Below are positions 11,849 through 20,863 of a stretch of 64,000 nt of DNA, piece by piece. How positions within the stretch are numbered: the first letter of the stretch is position 1; each line of letters begins with the position of its first letter. The notes below the pieces were generated by a model that was given only the letters and a program-made list of their open reading frames with translations, was not told the DNA's origin and searched no databases. Both the position numbers and the translations under genes were made by a program. The DNA comes from Vairimorpha necatrix (Eukaryota). The DNA lies in the NCBI GenBank assembly GCA_036630325.1, contig CP142730.1, forward strand, positions 868,001-932,000. Direction: 5' to 3'.

Positions 11849-13483
11849 ACAAAAAATATATTACGATAAATAGTATGCAAAAAATTTCTAGTTTGATCTG
11901 CCAAGGCTTATCTAATATATAGCATATATTTTGTTTACTTAAAGTAACAAAAAATCTACTGGCCTGATTGAAAGAAAAAAGAAATAAAAAGCTTTTTTAG
12001 ACGCATGATGATTGCATAGACGAGTTCCCTACCCGCGTAAACATGTGTTTTTCTTTTCAGGAATATTTATTTCTTAGTTTTTGTAATTTTTTTGTCTTCT
12101 TACATGAATGATGCTTACGTAGCTGTATATTATATTAATTGTTTTATTTTGAAACAAAATAACATATCAGCAATAGAGGAATTATTGTACCTCTAATATT
12201 ATAAATAATTTGTTTTAAAAATTAAATATAGTGTAGAAAAAGTGTATATATATTAAATACGGTATTTACTCGTAACGCTTTAAAGACTAAAGCAGAAGCA
12301 TTTTTTCTTAAGATGTATTATAATGACTTTTAAGACTAACTGTGTCAATCCGACATGCGGTTAATACTGTTAAGAAAGGAATTTAGGCTATTCAAAAATG
12401 TACGAAGAAACTCAAGGATTACTATTATTGGAATTAAACATAAAATATAAAAAGTAAAAAACGTAGAGGCAACGAAATTGAATAACTATCATTCATAATG
12501 ATATTATAAAGCTAACGATTATGTTTTACGAAAAATTCACAATAAGTTACAAAATATAAAGCTTTACGGGTAGTATTTTTTAACGTTTTATACATCAAAA
12601 AATCATACGAAAAAACTTAAAAACAAAGTCCTTGAGATATGAATATTCCTGCACTATATTTAATACAAGAGGTAGTGAGATCCCTATCTGTCAATCCCAA
12701 TAATGATAAATCATGCTTTAAGATTTAGCTTCTTTTGGATCTAATTTGTGGCATTTTCGACAAATTTTGTAGAGAATTTAAAATCGGATTTAAATTAGCG
12801 CAATAAAAAAATTAAAATTTAACATACACGTTCGTAAATTAAATATTATGTTTTTCAAAAAAATTTTATGTCATATTTTTTTTTGTGATAATAGCTATGA
12901 TATATTGTGTTAATTTATTTTAATATATTCCATGATATATGTTTTAAATGAAAATTGAATTTGTATACACGAATGTGATACAATATAAGTTATAGATCAT
13001 AAAAGAAAATACATTAATAAGAGGATTTTTTGATCTATATTATTTCATCCTCAATAATATATGCACAGTAATAATATAATTAAACACAAATACTAGAATT
13101 CCGAATATTTATAAATAAAAGTAAAAAAATTGATATTTCGAACCATTATGGCATTTATTAGATTTTAACCATCATGAAATTTTTTAATTCAATGTGGGCT
13201 TTCATTTTTTCTTGATAATAATAGCCTTTTAAAGTAGTCCTAGGAGGCATTCAAATGTATGCTGTCTAATGATTTGATGATACTTAGAACTAGCTTTTTA
13301 TAAATAGAAAAAAATGATTACTATAAATGGCTTATTTTATACCATACTATGATACTTCAAATTATTAGCTTACATTTAAAAAAAATAGTTTATTAAAATA
13401 AAAAATACAAATTTTTATCAATCAAAAAGAAACACAACTTGAAGTTGAAATAGGACTTTTTATTTATATTAATAAATAATTCT

Positions 13484-15790
13484 TTAATTAAAAATTTTAT
13501 CATCTTGATTTACGTAAATTTTCACCAGATCGTCATGAAAATTATCCTTTACTTCCGCAAAAAATTCTAAGATTTCCTCTTCGCTCAATACTTTTATTAT
13601 TTGGTTAATATACTTTTCGTATTTAAATTTTATATTTAATTCAGTCGTAAAAAAACTTTCAAATGCAATTTTTAAAACCTGCAATAATTCGCGCCTACAA
13701 CATATTCTTACATTTTTTTCAATATTAGTCAATAGTTTTATGCCTATTTTTTCTACTATCTCATTGTAAAGTTCATTTATTATGTTTTCATCACGATTAT
13801 TTATCATTATCACTAGATCTATTATCATGCTATCATGTTCGTATAAATTTTTTATGGCTATCTTTATACGTTCAAGTAGTTTATTTAAAAATTCAAATTT
13901 TACTTCTTGATCATATAAATGGTCTACTTTTATATTTAATGCATCAGTCATTATTTCATTTAGCGCTACACTTAACTTAAGTTTAAGAATTTTTTCAAAA
14001 TTATATTTTAATTCTTCTTTAGATATATTTTTCTCGGAGTTGTTTTCTAGCGAACATTTTATTTGGTAAAAATATTTCCTGTATTTTTTTTCGGCGTCCT
14101 CTTGTGAGTTTGATGCTAGTTTTTTTCTTATTGCCTCGTTATTAATATTTACTTCATTTATGTCAAATCCAAGAGTATTGATAACAGTATCTTTATGCGT
14201 AATTGATTGATAAGAATTTATTTCACACTTAGTTTTTTCAAGTCCTGTAAACAAAATCGATATTTCTAAGATACGAATCAAAATCTGTTTCCTGAGGATT
14301 TTAATATCTTTAAAATGAAGCTTCTCGAAATTTCGATAAATTTTTACTATATCGATTATATTTTTATTGTGGGGTAATTGAACTTCATTTATAGAGACTT
14401 TTTTTTCTATGTTTTCTTTGAGTTTAACTAATATTCCTATTTGTTTTAAAGTATTGAATATTGAATCATTCAAATCATCATTTTCGTTGATGTACCTTTC
14501 AGCCTCTAAAAACAAACAAATTTTTATGAAATATGTAAATAATATATCTACGCGCAGTATCAAATTTCTCAGAATTATTTCAATAATCTGTATTTTTCTT
14601 TCCCCGTTAAGTTTGTCCACGCCCAACATTTTGTTAAACTCATTTCTATCTATTAATTTTTGAATTAGCATAAGATGTGCACAAATAATGCATAAAGGAT
14701 TCTTTGAATTACTTATAATTCTGTCTAACAACAATTCTATTTTGTTTTTATTTTCGATTAATCTAAAAAACAATTCAACACTATCGTATTTAAAATCTAT
14801 AAGCCGAATCTTAATAAAAAGTTCTTTAAATTCCTCCAAGGTTTTTTTTTCAATGATGTTTTCATTGTCAACCTTGGTAGAATTATTATCTAAATTGTAA
14901 ACAAATTTTCCCAAGTTATGTGTAATCTGAATACTATTATTATTGATTGAGATTACAAAATTCAAATTATATAGTTCAATATTATCAATGTCGAAAGATA
15001 TGATATGTTTTTTATAATTTAAACTTAATCCCTCTAGGATAATAAACCTGTATAAATCATGGAATTTTTTACTAATTACCTTGTTAGTTTCATTAGTATC
15101 CGATGACTTTAATTCAACTCTGTTAAAAAATGTCTCTTCTTTGAGTTCTTTCAAATTTAATTCAAAAAAGTAATAAACATCATCTAAATAAATGCTGATA
15201 TTTAAATAACACTCATCGTTTCTTTCAACTATTGTAAGTGGTATTCTAAAATCTTTAGGATCTCCGTTATAAAACCTAAAATCAATTTTTATTCTACCTA
15301 CTATTCTATCCCACAGACAATAGTGATCATCAATAATATCATAAAAAATCTTAGAACACATGCTCAATTCTGTTCTTTTGGCATTTTCTTCTTTTAAATA
15401 ATTAATAATTTTTTTGTATATTGGATCTACTACATAAAAATTTGAGTTATATACTAAAATTATTGAGTCCGCTAGAATTTTTTCATATTCAAGCAATAAT
15501 ACTTCTTCAAATTCTTTAACAATAGTTTCAACAGACTTGCCTCTACAATTAATATTTATGTCTTCAAGACTCTTACTCTCATTCCATGGGAAAAATTCTA
15601 TCTCTAATTTTGCATTTAATTCGTGTATACTCAAAAACTTAAATTCTACTTTCAAATATCGCTTATTATTTACAATAACACAATAGTCTCGTTTGGCTAT
15701 TTTATTAGTTAAAATAGTATTAAGTCTATCATAGACACCTTTCCAAGAATGTATAAATACAAAAAAAATAATTAGTTTACTACTATTCAT
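13484..15790 (-). CDS. Lineage-specific ~770-aa protein with putative signal peptide (paralog A)
   Basis: 768-aa ORF, CCCT-ATG start, hydrophobic N-terminus. Clear full-length paralog at 29036-31351. No recognisable domain. Confidence 0.85.
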   Translation of the reverse strand: MNSSKLIIFFVFIHSWKGVYDRLNTILTNKIAKRDYCVIVNNKRYLKVEFKFLSIHELNAKLEIEFFPWNESKSLEDININCRGKSVETIVKEFEEVLLLEYEKILADSIILVYNSNFYVVDPIYKKIINYLKEENAKRTELSMCSKIFYDIIDDHYCLWDRIVGRIKIDFRFYNGDPKDFRIPLTIVERNDECYLNISIYLDDVYYFFELNLKELKEETFFNRVELKSSDTNETNKVISKKFHDLYRFIILEGLSLNYKKHIISFDIDNIELYNLNFVISINNNSIQITHNLGKFVYNLDNNSTKVDNENIIEKKTLEEFKELFIKIRLIDFKYDSVELFFRLIENKNKIELLLDRIISNSKNPLCIICAHLMLIQKLIDRNEFNKMLGVDKLNGERKIQIIEIILRNLILRVDILFTYFIKICLFLEAERYINENDDLNDSIFNTLKQIGILVKLKENIEKKVSINEVQLPHNKNIIDIVKIYRNFEKLHFKDIKILRKQILIRILEISILFTGLEKTKCEINSYQSITHKDTVINTLGFDINEVNINNEAIRKKLASNSQEDAEKKYRKYFYQIKCSLENNSEKNISKEELKYNFEKILKLKLSVALNEIMTDALNIKVDHLYDQEVKFEFLNKLLERIKIAIKNLYEHDSMIIDLVIMINNRDENIINELYNEIVEKIGIKLLTNIEKNVRICCRRELLQVLKIAFESFFTTELNIKFKYEKYINQIIKVLSEEEILEFFAEVKDNFHDDLVKIYVNQDDKIFN

Positions 15791-16078
15791 AGGGAGTAAA
15801 AAATATTTTTATTAATAAACTATTTCATATATTCAAAAAAAATAAATATTTTACTTACAAAGTAGCATAAATCTAGGATTAGTCTCTAGATTGTATTGTG
15901 ATAATAGTGAATACATCTCAATCTAGATGTCATAAAAATTCAACACCTGTCAAATATTTCCCAGCGCCTGTCAAACATAAAAAAAACAGAAAGAACATGT
16001 ATTTAATGTGTTTATGAAGACAAATCCCTTAAAATATAGTAAAATAATTGTACATAAGCTAAATCTACCTATCAATCA

Positions 16079-16597
16079 TCATATATATAAAAGAATTTTA
16101 TTTAATTTTTTACCCCTCTTTTTTGTGGTTTTGAAATTTTTAAACTATATATATATTAGGCTTTCTATGTTATTTAAATATCAAATATAGATTTATGGCG
16201 ATAATTTGACTATTCTAAGTGTGTATGTTATTAGTTAATACTTTTTAATTTTGATTATTATTTTTGTAAAACTCAGTTCCAAAATATCGTCAGAATCGTT
16301 TTTTAGAATTTATTTAACCCTTCTAGAAAAAATTCACAAAAACATTAACCAAAAAATAAGTAAAATATAAGTGTCAAAAATTGAGCTTAGAAGTTTCCAA
16401 AATTATCTCATTGTAATTATTAAATGTTTTTAGCTCAACTTTACTCCTTATATGTTACTAAAAAGTATTTTGTAAATTCATGTTTTTTCCTTATCAAATT
16501 TATTTTTCCCAAAATGGAAACTCAGAAAATAAAGTAGAAATAAATGCCATGAACAATAAATCAATCCCGTTTTCCAAAACGGGAAAGCATACGCTAG
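16079..16597 (+). mobile_element. Non-autonomous Helitron-like element, copy 1 (519 bp)
   Basis: A|TC 5' end. 3' hairpin CCCGTTTT-CC-AAAACGGG (16566-16583) lies 10 bp before CTAG|T. No TSD. Homologous copy at 20000-20518. Confidence 0.8.
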
Positions 16598-16779
16598 TTA
16601 TAAAATAAAAAATTTATTTAATTTTTTTTCTCTCATTTATATGATTTTGAAGTATCGAAGTAATTATTTTGCTATTGTTATATGTGAATTATATCAAATT
16701 TAAAGTTAATGCTTTGAATTAAATATCCATTGCGAGTATCTATATGTTAATGATTTTTATTAATTTAATTCATATTTTA

Positions 16780-16817
16780 TGTTAACCATTTATTTATTAA
16801 GGGTTCTAAACCCTACA
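16780..16817 (-). repeat. 3' micro-LTR of Gypsy 1
   Basis: TGTAGGGTTTAGAACCCTTAATAAATAAATGGTTAACA (minus strand), identical to 19817-19854. Confidence 0.93.
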
Positions 16818-19800
16818 TCCCCCCTCCAGACGGGTAGTCTCTCCATCTTCTAAACAACTCTTCCTTATCTCTTTCAAATCATAATGCCTCTTTTTAACAA
16901 TTTTACCATCCAGTAGTCTCACAATATATGAATCATTTTCACTTATAGCTACGATCCTTCCGCGACCCGTGAATCTTCCCTTGTCTGTTTTCGCACGTGT
17001 ACCTAAATTTTCTCTCCTAGCGATTCTTACCTCTTGGCCTACTGTAAATGTCTCTCTGTGTCTTCTCTTGAACCGACCAGCATATTTTCCATTTTCATCA
17101 TTTTCAATTATAACTTCAGCAGTTTGATCTCTCCACGCTTCCATCGGCGTACATTTTATTGCTGTATGTAGTGTATTATTATATCCTTTGATTGCTCTTT
17201 CTATCTTTTCAGAAATATTCCCATCATTTTGCTTTATCAATGTCTCTCTTATAGTTCTGATGCATCTCTCGATTCTACCATTACTCCTATGAGCTTCTAA
17301 GCCCACTTTCCTATGTTTAATATCATTAATACTACACCATTCTTTAAATCTATTACTTACAAACTCTTTTCCGTTGTCTGTCACATATTCCTCTGGAAAT
17401 CCATCTTCCCTTATCCACTTTTGTAATACCTCTATAACTTCACTACTCTCTTTACATCTCAAATTCGAACCCCACAACCTTCTAGTAAAGTAATCAATAC
17501 CCAGTAACACATACCTATTCTCTCCACCTATGTCCATTAAATCCAACGCCACTTTCTCCAATTTCTTTCTAGTTACTACGAAATCACATCCTCCTGTGTT
17601 TTTCCTATTGTTAATCCCACATATTTCACAATTCTTAATTACCTTATTAATATGATCTTTCATACCAGGCCAATACCATCTTTGTTTAATGTTATAATAA
17701 GTGCCTTTGACACCTCTATGGTTTAACTCCTCATGTACTCTTGTTATTTCATGTTCTCTACTATCTAGGCTCAATATCTCTTTCACCTCACCTGTGGAAA
17801 ATTCCCAATACTGTTTACCGTCCTTTTCTTTAATATGTTTCTGCTTTTTTCCCAAAATTTGTTTTTCGATCACTTCTTTTCTCTTGTTGTCCTTTTCTTT
17901 TTGTTCATCCGAAACTTCTACCTGATCATACTGCCTGCTTAACGCATCTGCATCTGTCATCAACTCCCCTTTCACATACTCTATTGTAAAGTCAAACTCT
18001 TGTATCTGTTCTACCCATCTGTTTATTCTGTTATTATTGAAGTATGGCTTATTTCTGATCTCTGCTAATGCTTTATGATCCGTCATCAAATGAAATTTCC
18101 TTCCTCTCAAATCACTTTCAAACTTCTTTATTCCAAAAAACACCGCCAACATCTCCTTCTCACTTATCGTATATCTTCGCTCGGTAGGAGTCAACATTTT
18201 CGATGCCCATTGTATCGGAATCCACTCACCCTCTTTATTTTCTTGTACTAGAATTGCTCCGATCCCCGTATCACACGCATCAGTTCTTACTCTAAATAGC
18301 TTTTTTCCGTCCGGAATCTTCAACTTTTTCATATCTCTCAAGCCTTGCTTCATATCCTCAAAAGCTCTTTCCATATCCTCCGTCCAATTCCACTTAACAT
18401 CTTTCTTTAAAGCCTCAGTAAGCCTTACTGTTCTATACGCATAGTTGGGAATAAAGTCTCTAAACCAACCAGTTAGTCCTAAAAATCTTCTTAACTCTCT
18501 AACATTCTCAGGTTTTCTATATTCCAATGTCTCCTGCTTTTTAATCTCATTCGGTCCCATGACCTCCCCATTAATTGTTACTCCCAGCAACATCACCTCA
18601 TCTTTTTTGTATTGTATCTTTGTTTGGTTTATTCTCAACCCACACTCTTTAAACTTTTTAATTACCCTCTCTAGTAACTCGTCATGCACTCTTACGTCTT
18701 TACCATGAATAACTATATCATCCATATATACTTCCACGCCTTTACCTCTGAATTCATCTAAAACTCTGTTCATTACTCTCTGCATTATATGAGGCGAATT
18801 CTTAAACCCCATAACCATACTATTCCATTCGTATACTCGACCATTCACTTCAAATGCTGTTTTGTGCTTATGGTGCTCCTCAATCTCAATATGATAAAAC
18901 CCTTCTTTTAAGTCGATAACCGTAAATACTTTTGACCCCTGTGTGGCTCTCATAATATCCTTAATTAACGGTAGTGAGTACGGGTCCTTGTCAACCAAAT
19001 CGTTTAACGCCATCAAATTGCTTACCAATCTTACGTCCCCATTTGGGTTTTCAAGTGCTCTTATTGGACTCCTCCACTCACTTTTGGAACGTCTTATAAC
19101 CCCTCTATTTTCCAACTTATTCAAGTACTCCTCAAATTTCACCCTAAGGTAGTATGGCACATTCTGCCCTCTTTTCACAACCTTTTCACCTTGCTTAGTA
19201 TTTATTGGACACTTCTCTCCTGTGAGATATTTTATCTTTTCTTCTGATTCTTTAAAAACTTCCGGATACTTTTCAATTAAATTTTCTAACTTATTTACTG
19301 TTTTACATCTTTTCCCTTCATTGTTGATAATTGGTTCTTTCTGTAAAACTTGTTCCTTTTTAATTTTATATTTTTCCCTACCAGCTACACTTTCATGACA
19401 TTCTCTAGCGTAATGCCCTTCTTTCTTACATATAAAACATTTTGTAGTTTCTCTGATTTCTCTTCTTTTCCTATACATCCTAAGATTTTCTTTTCTTTCT
19501 TCCCTAAACTCTTTCAACACTTTATCGATAATCTCTTTAATCATTTCTTGTCTTTCTTCTGACTCTCTCTCAAATTCTGCTCCTTTTTGTAAGCCTTTAT
19601 AAATTTCCTCCCAACTGCTCCTTCCGTCACAAAAATTTTCAAAAATATAATCCTGCAAGTTCGCAGATGCCAAATCCATAACATCTTTCCACTCAACTTT
19701 CTCAACTTTCAATATTAACTTTAGTCTCTTATCTATCCTAATTGCCTCTTTCTCTAATGTTCTAGCCTCTTGACTACGGGACTCTCTTGTTTCCCTGTTC

Positions 19801-19826
19801 ATCCTTGTGTTCGCCATGTTAACCAT
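16806..19826 (-). CDS. Gypsy polyprotein: short Gag + CCHC, RT, RNase H, integrase
   Basis: CFICKKEGHYAREC knuckle. RT motifs IDLKEGFYHI, KTAF, YMDDI. RNase H TDAC..GIGA, EKEMLA, TDH, ADALSR. Integrase HHCC, D..TDNGKEF, SNGRIER. Intact 1006 aa. Confidence 0.97.
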   Translation of the reverse strand: MVNMANTRMNRETRESRSQEARTLEKEAIRIDKRLKLILKVEKVEWKDVMDLASANLQDYIFENFCDGRSSWEEIYKGLQKGAEFERESEERQEMIKEIIDKVLKEFREERKENLRMYRKRREIRETTKCFICKKEGHYARECHESVAGREKYKIKKEQVLQKEPIINNEGKRCKTVNKLENLIEKYPEVFKESEEKIKYLTGEKCPINTKQGEKVVKRGQNVPYYLRVKFEEYLNKLENRGVIRRSKSEWRSPIRALENPNGDVRLVSNLMALNDLVDKDPYSLPLIKDIMRATQGSKVFTVIDLKEGFYHIEIEEHHKHKTAFEVNGRVYEWNSMVMGFKNSPHIMQRVMNRVLDEFRGKGVEVYMDDIVIHGKDVRVHDELLERVIKKFKECGLRINQTKIQYKKDEVMLLGVTINGEVMGPNEIKKQETLEYRKPENVRELRRFLGLTGWFRDFIPNYAYRTVRLTEALKKDVKWNWTEDMERAFEDMKQGLRDMKKLKIPDGKKLFRVRTDACDTGIGAILVQENKEGEWIPIQWASKMLTPTERRYTISEKEMLAVFFGIKKFESDLRGRKFHLMTDHKALAEIRNKPYFNNNRINRWVEQIQEFDFTIEYVKGELMTDADALSRQYDQVEVSDEQKEKDNKRKEVIEKQILGKKQKHIKEKDGKQYWEFSTGEVKEILSLDSREHEITRVHEELNHRGVKGTYYNIKQRWYWPGMKDHINKVIKNCEICGINNRKNTGGCDFVVTRKKLEKVALDLMDIGGENRYVLLGIDYFTRRLWGSNLRCKESSEVIEVLQKWIREDGFPEEYVTDNGKEFVSNRFKEWCSINDIKHRKVGLEAHRSNGRIERCIRTIRETLIKQNDGNISEKIERAIKGYNNTLHTAIKCTPMEAWRDQTAEVIIENDENGKYAGRFKRRHRETFTVGQEVRIARRENLGTRAKTDKGRFTGRGRIVAISENDSYIVRLLDGKIVKKRHYDLKEIRKSCLEDGETTRLEGGCRV

Positions 19827-19854
19827 TTATTTATTAAGGGTTCTAAACCCTACA
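19817..19854 (-). repeat. 5' micro-LTR of Gypsy 1
   Basis: Identical to 16780-16817. Contains CCC, AATAAA and the first ATG of the ORF. Confidence 0.93.
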
Positions 19855-19999
19855 TTTTATAAACCAAGTTTTAAAGTATCGTTAGAATCGTTTTTTAGAA
19901 TTCACTGTACACTTTCCACAAAAATTTTAAAAGCATTTAATTATAAATCTCGAATAAAATTGTCAAAATCGAACTTAAAGCATAAGAAAGTTATCCTAA

Positions 20000-20518
20000 T
20001 CATATATATAAAAGAATTTTATTTAATTTTTTACCCCTCTTTTTTGTGAATTTGAAATTTCTAAACGATACATTTTGAGCCTTTTACGTTAATATAATAT
20101 CATATATAGATTTAATGTTTCAATTTGATAATTATAGATGCGTATACTATATGTTAATACTTTTCGTTTTTAATAAAGTTTTTTGTAAAACTCAGTTCCA
20201 AAATATCGTCAGAATCGTTTTTTAGAATTAATTTAACCCTTCCACGAAAAATTGCAAATTAATTTATTAATAAAGATTTTGAATATAAATGTCAAAACTT
20301 GAGCTTAGAAAATCCCAAAATTATCTCATTATAATTATTAAATATTTTAGCTCAACTTTACTCCTTATATGTTACTAAAAAGTATTTTTTAAAATCATGT
20401 TTCCCCTTTCTAAATTCATTCATCCCCAAATGGAAACTTACCAAAATTTACCGAGGCGGGACATATAATAAAACAAAACATTTAAATCCCGTTTTCAAAA
20501 CGGGAAAGCATACGCTAG
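20000..20518 (+). mobile_element. Non-autonomous Helitron-like element, copy 2 (519 bp)
   Basis: A|TCATATATATAAAAG start. Hairpin CCCGTTTT-C-AAAACGGG (20488-20504), then AAAGCATACGCTAG|T. Colinear with 16079-16597. Confidence 0.8.
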
Positions 20519-20787
20519 TAATTTTATAATACATTTTTATTAATTACCAATATAGTTTTGAAAGAATAAGTTTTACTACTTAAAAATGTATGGGGAAAAG
20601 TCGCCAACGTATATAAGGTAATGCCAAAAATAGCCCTTAAAGGGTAAATTAAAATGTTTATATTTTTTTATGGTATCATCCTTAAAGTTATCAATGACTT
20701 TATTTCTTTAAGCACATACGAATAGTCATTGTCTTTTGTTTTTTTATTTTTAGCATAACTTTTGTTTTTCTTTCTTTTAATATTATG

Positions 20788-20836
20788 TGTGTTTATTTTC
20801 CATAATGAGGGGTAAAAATAATAAGGATATATAACA
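20788..20836 (-). repeat. 3' micro-LTR of Gypsy 2
   Basis: TGTTATATATCCTTATTATTTTTACCCCTCATTATGGAAAATAAACACA (minus strand), identical to 23923-23971. Confidence 0.93.
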
Positions 20837-20863
20837 TCCCCCCTCCAAGACGGTAGTCTCATA

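Larger units (their letters stand above)
16780..19854 (-). mobile_element. Complete Ty3/Gypsy LTR retrotransposon 1 (3075 bp) with 38-bp LTRs
   Basis: Identical direct repeats 16780-16817 and 19817-19854 (TG...CA). TSD TTTTA at 16775-16779 and 19855-19859. PBS-like TGGCGAAC after the 5' LTR. PPT GGAGGGGGGA before the 3' LTR. Confidence 0.95.

Noticed and set aside
16798-16817. TAGGGTTTAG in LTR1 as telomeric repeat
   Set aside because: A single imperfect unit, absent from LTR2. Better explained as a small hairpin or CCC motif.
16079-20518. The two 519-bp repeats as the long LTRs of Gypsy 1
   Set aside because: They are diverged, lack TG...CA ends, and are not adjacent to the PBS or PPT. The 38-bp repeats carry the TSD, PBS and PPT.
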